Source of the DNA: Candidatus Micrarchaeia archaeon
GTDB taxonomy: Archaea; Micrarchaeota; Micrarchaeia; Anstonellales; Anstonellaceae
Direction: 5' to 3'
Length of the DNA stretch: 42,034 nucleotides
NCBI GenBank assembly: GCA_041662045.1
Contig: JBAZTI010000003.1
Span: 1 to 42,034 of the forward strand
Shown: positions 8,900 through 19,300 of the stretch, piece after piece
Layout: each line of letters begins with the position of its first letter
Numbering within the stretch: the first letter of the stretch is position 1
Translations under genes and position numbers: made by a program
Notes under the pieces: model-generated
The model's input: only the letters and a program-made list of their open reading frames with translations
Told to the model about the DNA's origin: nothing
Databases searched by the model: none

Positions 8900-9757
8900 T
8901 CATTTATCCGAGTCTTTTTTCTTCCCATCCGGCTCCCTGCGCACCAGCACCGAGAGCGCGGTCCCTGCGCGCAGGATGTTCACCGAAAGAGCGTACAGCA
9001 CCGGGATTACGGGCACTAGAAGGACAAGCGTGGCAAGCACCGAAAGCGCGAGCGTCACCTCGTCGCCAACCGCAAGGAGCGGGCAGGTCCTGAAGAACTG
9101 GAGGGGGATGAGGGAGAGCAGGGCGCAGGTGATGCCCGGGAGGAAGAGGCGGAGTATCGCCGGCGCGAGTATCACCAGCATGGAGACGAAGTTGGACGCC
9201 TTGCTCTCGTTGTCCTGGGAGGTGAGCGCGCGGAAGAGGTAGTAGAGGGAGAAAAGGGCGCACATTATGAGGAAGTCAAGCGTCACCAGGGAGAAGTTGC
9301 CCCCGCTTGACCAGAAGGACAGCCCCGATGCGAACACGAGCACCGCCGCTGCGCCTATGGCCGTCCAGTAGCCCGTGAGCCCGTCGAATATGGGCGCAAG
9401 CGCTATGTGCATGGAAAGGTCGAGCGACTGCAGGGGGTGCAGCCTGCCGTGGAATATCGCATGCAGCGCAACGGCGCCTGCGCCGATGCACAGCGCAAGC
9501 GGGATGGCGACGAGATATGCCGCAGTCGTGATTATGGTTTTCTGCGGCGGCGCCCATGCGCCCGAGGAAAGGTAGAGGAGCAGGGCGAGCGCGCAGAGGA
9601 AGACATAGGCAAACGGCGCCAGGAGCACCTCGCGCCTGGTTATCATCTTGCCCGAGGAGGAGAGGAAGTCGGCTATCTTGCCTGCGGCGAATATGTAGCA
9701 TGCGGCTGCCGCAAGCAGGGCAATGTCGCGGTACTGCGCAAGCGCTGGAACGTCCAT
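8900..9757 (-). CDS. Polytopic membrane protein, unknown function
   Basis: At least 7 predicted TM helices. Start is placed at the ATG at 9757 because a TATA-like ATTTAAAC lies ~28 nt upstream and inside the longer track ORF (start at 9805). Confidence 0.5.
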   Translation of the reverse strand: MDVPALAQYRDIALLAAAACYIFAAGKIADFLSSSGKMITRREVLLAPFAYVFLCALALLLYLSSGAWAPPQKTIITTAAYLVAIPLALCIGAGAVALHAIFHGRLHPLQSLDLSMHIALAPIFDGLTGYWTAIGAAAVLVFASGLSFWSSGGNFSLVTLDFLIMCALFSLYYLFRALTSQDNESKASNFVSMLVILAPAILRLFLPGITCALLSLIPLQFFRTCPLLAVGDEVTLALSVLATLVLLVPVIPVLYALSVNILRAGTALSVLVRREPDGKKKDSDK

Positions 9758-9814
9758 GTCAATGGTTCCTCCGGCTAGGTTTAAATCAGTATTTGCCCGC
9801 CGCATGCTTCGCGG

Positions 9815-10591
9815 TCAAACGGCGATTTCCATGCCGTCCTCTGCCGCAATGGTGCGCACGCCGGATGCCTTTTCTATCTTTTCAGCCTCCTTTTCCGGCC
9901 CGGCCTTAAGGAGCGACATGCCAAGATGCGTTATCACGCAGAGCTTTGGGGGCTTGCTGCAGCCTGACAGGAGGCGGGCGGTGTCGGATGTGAAAAGATG
10001 CCCGCCTATTGCATCGCGGCTGGGCTTGAGGTTGTTCGCTATGAGGGCATCGCAGCCTGAAAAATGCCTGGAAAGCGCCGGGAAGTATTCTGTGTCCGAA
10101 GTGTAGCCCACCCTTGCGCCGTCCATCTCCAGCACAAAGCCAAAGCCCGTGCCATCTTCATGCTTTACCGGCGTGGGAAGCAGGGCGGCGGCTTTCCTGC
10201 CGCTGCCAAGCGCAAGGGGCTTGCCAGGCACTGCCACGCGCGCTGACGAGAGCTTTTCCAGGAAATAGGACGAGATGCCCTTTTCCCCGTATTCGTCGCC
10301 CGCCAGGATGCTTTTAGACGCGACAAGCTCCCCTTTCTTCCTGCCAGGGAAGCAGTTTATCGCCTCGAGCATGAGCGCCGCGTCGTTTAAGTGGTCTATG
10401 TGGTTGTGCGTCACCACCACCACGCCAGTTTTCGTGGCATCCTGCGAAAAAGCCTTGCAGGCAACAAGCGCGCCCGGCCCGGGGTCCACGTGCATTTGCA
10501 GGCTCCCTTTGAGGAGGAAGCCGCCTGTGCGGCGCACCTGGGAAATCAGGTTGAACCTGCCCCCGCCTGTCCCGAGAAAAACGATTTCCAT
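9815..10591 (-). CDS. Metallo-beta-lactamase fold hydrolase
   Basis: HNHIDHLND (HxHxDH) motif, N-terminal MEIVFLGTGGG, downstream His/Asp ligand candidates. Confidence 0.8.
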   Translation of the reverse strand: MEIVFLGTGGGRFNLISQVRRTGGFLLKGSLQMHVDPGPGALVACKAFSQDATKTGVVVVTHNHIDHLNDAALMLEAINCFPGRKKGELVASKSILAGDEYGEKGISSYFLEKLSSARVAVPGKPLALGSGRKAAALLPTPVKHEDGTGFGFVLEMDGARVGYTSDTEYFPALSRHFSGCDALIANNLKPSRDAIGGHLFTSDTARLLSGCSKPPKLCVITHLGMSLLKAGPEKEAEKIEKASGVRTIAAEDGMEIAV

Positions 10592-10599
10592 ACATGCAC

Positions 10600-12734
10600 C
10601 TAGCGCTTTGCAACAGCGAATATGGCAGCTGAGGACATCAATATAAGGGCGAGAGGGCAGCCCTGCGCTGCGGCCGCCTGGAAAATGCCCGGCTGGGACA
10701 CCGTGATTTCCTCATCGGAGGAATAGCTGTTCCCGGCGGCATCTGACCAGGAAAGGGACACGATGTGCCTGCCCATGGGAAGCGCCACGGTCATGGGGGA
10801 AGCCGCGGAGTACGTGGAGCCGTTGACCGAAGCCTTCGGGGAGAGCGGGTCGCCCACTTTGGAGAAAATGACCTGGGTGTAAAGCGTGCCGTTTGAGTTG
10901 ATGTTTTCCACGCTGTCAATCGAGAGCGCCGGCTGAAGGAGCACGGTGGATATGCGGCTTTTCCCGTCCTGCTGGCCGCCGGAGCTCGCAGCGAGGCGCA
11001 CCGAGTAGGTGCCTGGCGGGCCCGGCGTGAATGGGAATTCAAACTCCGCCGGCGCGCTTAGCCTGCCAGCGGACTGCATGGTCTGGCTGCCGAACGTGAA
11101 GCCCAGGGAGAAGTCGGCGGGATAATGCGAGGCAGACAGGCTGGCGCGCGCAACCGCCTCCTTGCCCGCCACAAGGGGCTCGGGCAATTCGAATGACACT
11201 ATGGACAGCCCCGAGGGAGACTGGCTTGCGGAGTATTCAAGGCGCACTGCCCCGCCGCCCTCGCCTGCCACATAGACAGGCACCGCCCCTGCCGCGCCGC
11301 TGCTGAAGGGGATTTCCAGGCTGGCGCCCTGCGCGCCTGCAGTGTAAACGCCGTCAGGCAGCACCACGAAGAACCGGCCGCCCCGCCTCTGGGAGGGGAC
11401 CTTGAGGAGAACGCTGTTGCTTTCCCCCACGATGGTGCTGCCGTCGCGCAGCCCTGCCTCGAACATGGGAGGCGCGCGGATGGTCGGGTCGATTTTTATG
11501 GAAAGCGCGCGCCGCTCCAGGTAGGGCGAGTTCAGCGTGAGGGGGCAGGTATAGATATAGCTCATGGGAAGGGAGGATGATGCGTTTATCTCCCAGGCAA
11601 TGGAGGACACCCTGCCTGGCTCCAGTATGAGGTATTTTTCCCCCTCGTCAAGCGAAAGGCTGTCTGTGCCTGCGCAGTTTGCAAGCGACAGGGGGATGAC
11701 CCTGTAGTCAGTGCCTGCCACGGACAGGTAGGCGATTGTCCTGCCGCCCACAGGGAGCTCGTCTTCCGCCGCGGCAAGCTCGAAGGCACCCGATGGCTTT
11801 AGGTAATCCACGCCAAGCGTGCCTATGTTCCCTGCTATCGCGCCGCTTTTCTCGCCTGTGTCCCAGGACACCTTCACCCCGCTTTTGGAGACTGAGGCTG
11901 AAAGGGTGTCGCGGCGCGAGAACTCGGCATATTTGGACTCCTCGATGTGCATGGCGTCCAGCGCCCCGACCTCGAACCAGGTGGGGTCCACAGGCACCCA
12001 CTCGCCGACGTATGCCTCTGCCCAGGAGTGCCCCATCCAGTTTTGGAACTTGTCGCTGTAGACATAGCCTGACAGGTAGCGCACCGGGATGCCTATGGAG
12101 CGCGCAAGCGCGGTGAAAAGGGTGGAGTATTCCGTGCACACGCCCACCATGTGCTCCTTCACCCAAAGCGCGTCCTTTTCCTGCCCCACCATGCCGACGT
12201 CGTATTCCATGTGCCTGTTCACGTATATTGCAAGGAGCGCCACTTTCTCGAAAGGCGTCCTGGCCCAGATGTCACCTGCTGCGCAAGGGCGCGGATGGAA
12301 GCGTCGCCTGACTGCGTGCGGTTGGTTGCCGACAGGAAGGGGCTGAGGGAGGATGGCACGCTGTAGCTCTCGGGAAGCGAGGGGGTGGTGCGCGCGGTGG
12401 TGCGCACTGTGATGGACTTGGAATAGAAAAACGGGTTGGGAGGGTTCTGCTCGAAGATGGAGAGGTAGCCGTTGCCGCCGGAATCGTATTTTATCTGCTC
12501 GCCCGATTCCACCTCCTGGTATGAGGTGGCGGATGGGACCGAGACGTTGAGGCCCAGGCTCTGCATGGTGCCGCCGATTGCGGTCACTGTGCCCTGCGCC
12601 TTCACAAGCGCGGAAAGGGTGTGCGCAAGCTGGGGGGCGGGCGAATCGGCCGAGAAGACGGCTGTGCAGGAAAAGAGCAGGAGGACGGCAAGCGCGCATG
12701 CGAACTGCCTTGTTTGCCTGTGCATGATGCGCAT
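10600..12734 (-). CDS. Secreted transglutaminase-like protein with Ig-like repeats and a C-terminal TM anchor; apparent 1-nt frameshift near 12264
   Basis: The signal peptide and N-domain lie in ORF 12219..12734. The TGase core (VCTEYSTLFTALARSIGIPVRYLSGY, GHSWAEAY, VDPT) and the rest lie in ORF 10600..12699. The frames join at ...VTSG|ARTPFEK if one G is added to the GGG run. Confidence 0.7.
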
Positions 12735-12770
12735 GCGAAGGCGGTTTTAATAAGGGTTTTGACGCTGACC

Positions 12771-13931
12771 TCAGGCAAGGAACTTTTTCTTCTCAATCTT
12801 TTCGCGCAGGTAGTCGCCCACGAAAGAAAGGCGGGGCCCCTGCAGCGCGTCCTGCTCGATTTTCTTTTTCGTCCTCAGGACGGTTTTCAGCTCCTCCACC
12901 CAGTCCTTGTGGCAGGAAATCCAGTCGTAGGAAAGCATCTCCTCGGCGCGCTTGATGTCCACTTCCTTTGCGTTTATGGTGAGCTGGCCCAAAAAGTCGT
13001 AGTCCTTGATGTCGCGCATGGTCACGCCCACGAAGCGCGCCTCGGGCGTGGCGATGTCGTTGCCCAGGTAGGCGAGGTTCATGCTGCCTGACTTTATCGC
13101 CCAGTAGATGTACCAGCCCCAGGCGTCGCAGTCCGTGAACACTATCACGGGAAGCTTGCGGCTCGCGAGCTTGCGGATGAGGCGGCGGCAGCCGCGGCTT
13201 GCCTGCCCCTTGGGGGTGATGAGTATGCAGTTTTCCTTCCTCCAGAACTTGTCCTCGTTCAGCCTCTGCCACATTGCGTCCTTTTCCACTACGAGCACGT
13301 AGTCCGCGTCAACCGACTTGAATTCCATGCCGTTGTCAACATCCGAGGGGATCATCCAGCCGCTCCTGCCCTGCTTCGTGCAGTCTATCTCGGTCTCGTC
13401 CCCCCCGAACTTGTCCCGGAGCACCATGGGGCCTGCCACCACGCCTTTCCTGTCCGTGTTGAGGTTCAGGTCCTCGCGCTTCACTGAGAGGGCGACCTCG
13501 AGGTCCTCCACAAGCGGGTTGCTTTCGCTTTGCTCCGAGAAAAGCTCCTCGTCCAACGTGTCGCCGAGCGAGAACTTGAGCTGGTAGTACAGGCCCCTTA
13601 TGGAGGTGTGCGCATTCTCCTTGAGGAATTTCTTGCACTTGGAGGCGATTGCCACGGTCTGCATGAACTTGCGCGCCTGCCCCACGTTTATGAAGGTGCG
13701 CTCTTCCGTCTTGTCGCCAAGCCTGATGAAGCCCACGCCGTTGTCGTATATTATGTTGCCCTTGCTCCTAAGCGCGGTGGTGAAGGTGGGGGAGCTGTCC
13801 GCCTCGATTTGCGCAAGCATGTCCCTGCCCAGCCGCTCGAGCTTGCCCGCGATGAACTCGCTGCCCTTGCCCGAGTCGGATGCTGACGCGGATGCTTTTT
13901 TCGGTGATTCCTTTGGTGACATGCCAACCAC
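12771..13931 (-). CDS. top6A: DNA topoisomerase VI subunit A (Spo11-like)
   Basis: Catalytic-Tyr region IRGLYYQLK, Toprim motifs VVEKDA and FTDCDAWGWYI. GTG start overlaps the top6B stop (TAGTG); an alternative ATG lies at 13922. Confidence 0.92.
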   Translation of the reverse strand: MVGMSPKESPKKASASASDSGKGSEFIAGKLERLGRDMLAQIEADSSPTFTTALRSKGNIIYDNGVGFIRLGDKTEERTFINVGQARKFMQTVAIASKCKKFLKENAHTSIRGLYYQLKFSLGDTLDEELFSEQSESNPLVEDLEVALSVKREDLNLNTDRKGVVAGPMVLRDKFGGDETEIDCTKQGRSGWMIPSDVDNGMEFKSVDADYVLVVEKDAMWQRLNEDKFWRKENCILITPKGQASRGCRRLIRKLASRKLPVIVFTDCDAWGWYIYWAIKSGSMNLAYLGNDIATPEARFVGVTMRDIKDYDFLGQLTINAKEVDIKRAEEMLSYDWISCHKDWVEELKTVLRTKKKIEQDALQGPRLSFVGDYLREKIEKKKFLA

Positions 13932-15588
13932 TATTCCTCGCCTTCGTCTTCCTCGTTCTTTCCATTCCCGTTCCCGTTCTTGCCGTTCCCGCTCTTTGCC
14001 TCCTCCTCGCCCTCTTCGGACTCTATCTGCGTGGAGTACTTGGTCTCGATGAGCGTGATGAGCTTTTTCTCAATCTCGCCCGCCTTGCCCTTGCCCGCCA
14101 GGTCAGGCAGGTCGTGGGAAAGCTGGGAGACATAGCGGATGATTGCCTTTTTCCTCTCCTTCCTGTCATGGTCGCGGCGTATGCCTGAAAGGTATGCCTG
14201 CAGGTCGCGCGCAGCCTCCATTATCGCGTTCTTTATCTCCTGCACGATTTCCTCGTCGTTTGAGATTGCCTGCTTGCCTGCTGACGTGTAGGGCACGTAG
14301 ACTGATGAGATGTTCACGAAAACCGACAGGGGCTCCTCCTCGAAGTTCTTCAGCTTGTAGCGCTTCCAGTCGATTGCCTTCACCGCCTCGGTGATTGCGC
14401 AGCCCGAATTGTCGAACAGCAACGGAGCGCGGTTGGCATAGCGTATCACCTCGGACGAGGACATGTCGCCTGCGGCTTTCTTCCCTGCCCCGCCCCCGTA
14501 TGCGAGCGCGGCCTCCACCATGAAGGGGATGCCCCCCTTGTATATCTTTGGCGAGCGCTCGGAAACCACCACGAACTCGGGCGCAAGGATGTTTTTCAGC
14601 GACTTTTCCACCTGCTCCTTGCCGATGGGCTTTACAGAGTCCGTCGAAGGCGCAATCCATTTAACCGCGGGGTTTTGTATCGCCTTGATGATTTTCTCCG
14701 CCTCCACCCACTGCAGCTCCTTCGGGTTCTTGTCAAGTCAACATCAGGGCAAAGCGCCTTCACCTCGTCCACCTTTGCCGCGGAGAAGCGCGCGAAGCGC
14801 TCCTGCAGGAACGAGGAGACGCGGCGGCATTCCTTTTCCCTGTGCGCAAAGTCTATCAGGTCGTTTGTGGAAATCCCCATGGGGTGCGGCTGCACAACGA
14901 GGGGCTTGTCAGGCACCCTGTCGGACGAGCGGGGGAACGCGTGCGTCTGGCCCTCTGGGTCGTGGAGCGTTATCTGCAGGTGCGGGTTGGCAAGCGCGGT
15001 CCTGCGCACGTACTCGTACACGCCGAAGCTTGACTTGTCGTATTTCACGTCGGCAAACTCGCCTTCCACCGTGAGGCCGTGCCCGAACTCGCCATCATCC
15101 TTCACCAGGTTCAGGACAAGGGGGGTGTTTGACTTGAGGTCGATTGACACTTCGCATGTGATGCGCCGCGTGTCATAGCGCGAGATTACTTTCACGGGTT
15201 TTCCAGTCGTTATCTGGGAGTACATGGTGCAGCCCGATGCGCCGATTCCCTGCTGGCCGCGCTGCTGCGCATAGCGGTGGAACTTGGTGCCTGCAAGCAT
15301 CTGCCCGAGCGCCTTGCCTATGTGCTTCTCCGGAATGCCGGGCCCGTTGTCCTCCGCAATCACCTTGTAGCGCTCCTTGTCGATTTCCTTTATGGTGATT
15401 TCCACCTCGGGAAGCATGCCGCCCTCCTCGCACGCGTCAAGCGAGTTGGTCACGTATTCGTGCACAATGGTGGTGAGCGAGCGCGTTTTCCCCGAAAAGC
15501 CGAGCATCTGCTGGTTCTTCTTGAAAAACTCCGCAACGGAGTGCTCGCGGAACTCGGAAAAAATCTTTTCTGTCGACGTGGGTGCCAT
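13931..15588 (-). CDS. top6B: DNA topoisomerase VI subunit B (GHKL ATPase); apparent 1-nt frameshift near 14735
   Basis: Bergerat-fold motifs (EYVTNSLDA, DNGPGI, GQQGIGASG) lie in ORF 14632..15588. The transducer domain lies in ORF 13931..14707. The frames join as ...ALCPDVDL-DKNPKELQWVEAEK if one nt is restored in GACTT_GACAAG. Confidence 0.9.
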
Positions 15589-15691
15589 CTAACCAACTGG
15601 TGAAGCGCAACATTGCCGCAAACTGGTCAAAACAAAATGGGGGGCGGCATTTATTAATAGTTTCGGAATGCACGACGGAAGGAGCCGGCTT

Positions 15692-16219
15692 TCAGAAAAG
15701 CTTCCTCACTTCGTCCTCCTTTATCCTGCGCCTGCATTTCTCAAGGTAGGCGTACACGGATGCGTGGTTGGAGCCCTCTATTATGCGGAAAACCGCCTCC
15801 ATTGCATAGTTGAGGGTGTCAAGCCTGCAAATCACGCCCACGGTGTGCCCGTAGCAGGCGACGTCCGCGCCCACCTCCTCCTTTATTATCTCCTTGGTGC
15901 GCCCGTTCTCGCCAATCACGCGCCCCATTATCCTGTGGCGCGCCTTTTCGCTGCCCGCATAGTCCCGTAAATCTATGAGCTTGAAGCCGTATTCGTCGGA
16001 AAGCAGCCTAAGCGCGATTGCTGGCTCAAAGCCCCTGCCGATGGCCTTCACGATGTCCTTGCCTATGAACTCGTCTATCGGGTCGCCCGAAATTTCCACT
16101 GCGCCGTCCGAGTCCACGGAAATGCCCACCTTCATCCTGCGCTCCAGGTAGTCCTTGGTCTCGCCCGACTCCCCTAGAAGCGCGGTAACGCGCTCGGACG
16201 GGATTTTCACAATCTGCAT
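15692..16219 (-). CDS. Two-KH-domain RNA-binding protein (aDim2/Pno1-like)
   Basis: Two KH-type GxxG regions (LLGESGETK, VIGENGRTK). About 175 aa from MQIVKIP. A TATA-like TTTTAATAGG lies ~35 nt upstream. Confidence 0.7.
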   Translation of the reverse strand: MQIVKIPSERVTALLGESGETKDYLERRMKVGISVDSDGAVEISGDPIDEFIGKDIVKAIGRGFEPAIALRLLSDEYGFKLIDLRDYAGSEKARHRIMGRVIGENGRTKEIIKEEVGADVACYGHTVGVICRLDTLNYAMEAVFRIIEGSNHASVYAYLEKCRRRIKEDEVRKLF

Positions 16220-16264
16220 AAGCCCACATCTATGAGGGGATTGGCATTGCAAACCCTATTAAAA

Positions 16265-16348
16265 CTACATGAAGTCCGCCAATCCTTTCTGCGCTTGAAG
16301 GCGCCGACATGCCCGCCCGCCTACATGAAGTCCGCCAATCCTTTCTGC
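16265..16348. repeat. Perfect 28-nt direct repeat containing the stop codon and last 8 codons of the PolD large subunit gene
   Basis: CTACATGAAGTCCGCCAATCCTTTCTGC occurs at 16265-16292 and 16321-16348, a period of 56 nt. The second copy is the true gene end (..QKGLADFM*). Confidence 0.95.
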
Positions 16349-19300
16349 TTTTCAGGCTCTTCCGTGAAGATGCTCGTGATGTCCTTCCTGAAAAGCTCCA
16401 TCCTCTGCTTCATGTATGGGGGCAGGTGGTAGCGCTCTATGAGGCGCTCTGCGTGGTCCAGGTATTTCGTTATCCCGCCCTTGTTTATGGTGAGGAGCAG
16501 CTTTCCCCCGCACGCGTTGCACTTGCCCGAGAGCGGCACGCGGCGGTATTTCACCTTGCACTCCAGGCAGCGGAACTCCTGCTGCGAGAACGAGCGCAGG
16601 TTGCCGTATAAATCCGGGAAAAAGTGGTGCAGGAGCAGCCGCTCGGCGGCGTCCGCAGGGTCAACCGCGCGTATTTTCTCCTGCAGGGTGAATTGCGCCT
16701 CTATTTTCTCGCCCATGTCCTTGAATTTCAGGTAGGTACTCTGGTGCGGGCCTGCGGAAACGTCCGCGGTCTCGTGGGAGTAGGGAAGGGACCCGTACTG
16801 CTCGGGCTTTCCAAGCAGCTTCTTCACGGTGTCCAGCTTAAGCTCGGATGGGGAGGCGTACTTGTCCGAAAGCTCGTAAAGCTCGATGGGGTAGGCGGAG
16901 CACACCTCCATGGAGTGCGCCTCGTCGTCCACCTCGTTGGGGTCAAGCTCCGTGGTGAGCACCAGGGGCGCGTCCATTGTGCCGCCGCGCGACTCGGGAA
17001 GGAATGCGCGCGAGAAGTTCAAGAGGCCGTCCATGAGCAGTATCACCGTGTCCTCGTCGCCGTCCGCGTTCCTCCTTTTCGCGGTGTGGAAGAACGGGTG
17101 GGCAAACCCCACGTGCGCGTCCGTGAAGCCCACAACGCGCGCAAGCACGCCTGCCGAGGTGTGCGGCGAGAGCCCGATAACCAGGTGCCCCAGCAAATCC
17201 TCCTCCTTCGAAAGATTGTAGAAGCGGGGCATGCCGTAGAGCTTGTCAAGCAGGTCGTCGATGAAGCGCGAGACCGAGAACAGGGTGTGCGCGCCGCTCC
17301 TTGAGAGGATGATGTCCTGCGCGTTGAGCGCGATTACCTGCGAGGCGTGCTCGAGCGGCCTGCCGTCCTTGTCGTGGGAGTAGCCGAAGCCGCGCGCCTG
17401 CTCCGCGCTTATGCCCATCTCGTCTGGGCGGAAATGAGTGAGGGGGATGTCGGTCGCGTCGAAGCGGCAGGTGCCGTCGCGGAACACGAACACGCCGTGC
17501 GCGGCGCGCAGGAAGCCCTTTTCCAGCGGCTCGGGCGTCTTTGATGCGGAGAAAAGCCCTTCCACGCCCTTTATGTCGGCAGACTTCGAGGCGTCGATGC
17601 CCGTGCGCTCTGCCGCGCGCTCGTAAAGCTTTATTATGTCCACCGCGCGCCTGTCGTAGTGCTTGGTTGCCACGCGGCACTCCGAGCACTCCTCGCTGTT
17701 CTTCGGCCTGCCGCACTTGGGGCAGACCAGCAGGAGAGCCGCCCTGCCGCCGCACGCGCACAAAGGCGAGAACGTCGTGTTGCCGCAGGAGGAACAGCGC
17801 ATGCGCGCGATTTCCACCTCCACGCCCCTGCCCTCGCGCTCCCCCTTGGCGCGAAGCTTCGCATATGCGCGGCTTATGGACGCGTTCTTGTCTATGCGGG
17901 TGCCTATCGGGAAAAGCACGTTCACGCTCTTTTTCATGCGCCGCTCGCGCGCCTTCTCGGGCCTGCCCATGCGCGAGCCGATGTATGTGGGCGCCTTGGG
18001 CATTATCCTCATGCCGGAAAGCTCGGACAGGGTGCCGAGCACCGGCTTTTTCCCGTCGAAAAGCGCGTCGAACTTCTCGCCCGTGATTTTCTTGTCCACC
18101 ATTATCCCCATGGTCTTCAGAAGCGCATAGGCGTGCTCCCCGGATATTTTCACCCTGCCCTCCTGCACGCTGTGCGGCACGCAAAGCTCCTCAAGCGCGG
18201 CTTTTGCAGGCGAGGACTCCAGCTCGAAGGATTCGAGCTTCAGGAGCCCGTAGCTCGGCTTGCCTGTGCGGAGCCACAGGGCAAGGTCCCGCAGCTGCTC
18301 GTGCGTGATGTCGTGCCAGAAGTACGTGTAGGTGGGGTGCAGTGGCAGGCCCGTCCTTCGCGCAAATGCCACCGCCTCGCCTGCAGGGCAGCCAGGGCGG
18401 GGGGGCAGCGCCCCCTGCTTCTTCGCCATGAGCTCGAGGCGCTCCTCGCACCATGCGGCAGGGAAAAGCGGGTGGTTGCTTTTCAGGAAGTCCCCGATCG
18501 AGACGAGCATGTCTCCCAGGAAAAGTATGCGCTCGACGCTCGGCAGGAGGCGCTCGGCCTCGCTTGCAGACTGCACCTCGACGACCGAGCCGTCCTTGAG
18601 CTTCACGGTGGGGCCCAGTATGGAGTCGCACGGGGTGATGACCGTGCTCTTGCCGGGCCGCTCTATTTTCATCTGCGTGCCCACCGCGAGGAAGGAGTCC
18701 AGCATGTACATGCTTGCAGGGTGCACCGCCTTGCCCATTATGCCGCTTCCGCGCGACCTGCCATAGCGGAGCCGCCAGCCGCCCTTTGTGGAAGGGTATG
18801 AGAAAATGGCCCTGCCGGCCACCGATTCCTCGAGGAAGCGGAAGTCGGGCTTGGGCTCGAACGCGCCCTCCTTTTTCGCCACCTTTATGATGGAGTCCAT
18901 CCAGCCCCAGTCAAGCCCGATTTTTTTGGTGTACCTTGAGACCTTTGCCGCCTTTTGGGCGATGCCTTCGCATATGACAAGCGCGATGCCCGAGCGCACG
19001 CGGTTGGTTGCGACCCCTGGCACGTCGCGGTGCACAGACACCTCTGCGTCCTCGGTGGGGTCGCCGTCTATGCAGACAGGGCAGCTCTTCACTATGTGGC
19101 GTATGTCCGCCTCGGGCGGGCGGTACTGCAGGTGCGCGGAGCGCGTGCCGTAGACGTCGATTTCCTCAACATACCTGTCAAGGAGCTCGTCGGTTGGGCG
19201 GAAGTCGCCTATGCCGAGCTGCCTGCGCGCCACGTCGCCAAGCACCACCGCAAGCGCGGCCACCGTGCCGCCTGCGGAGCGGATGGGGCCTGCGAAATAA

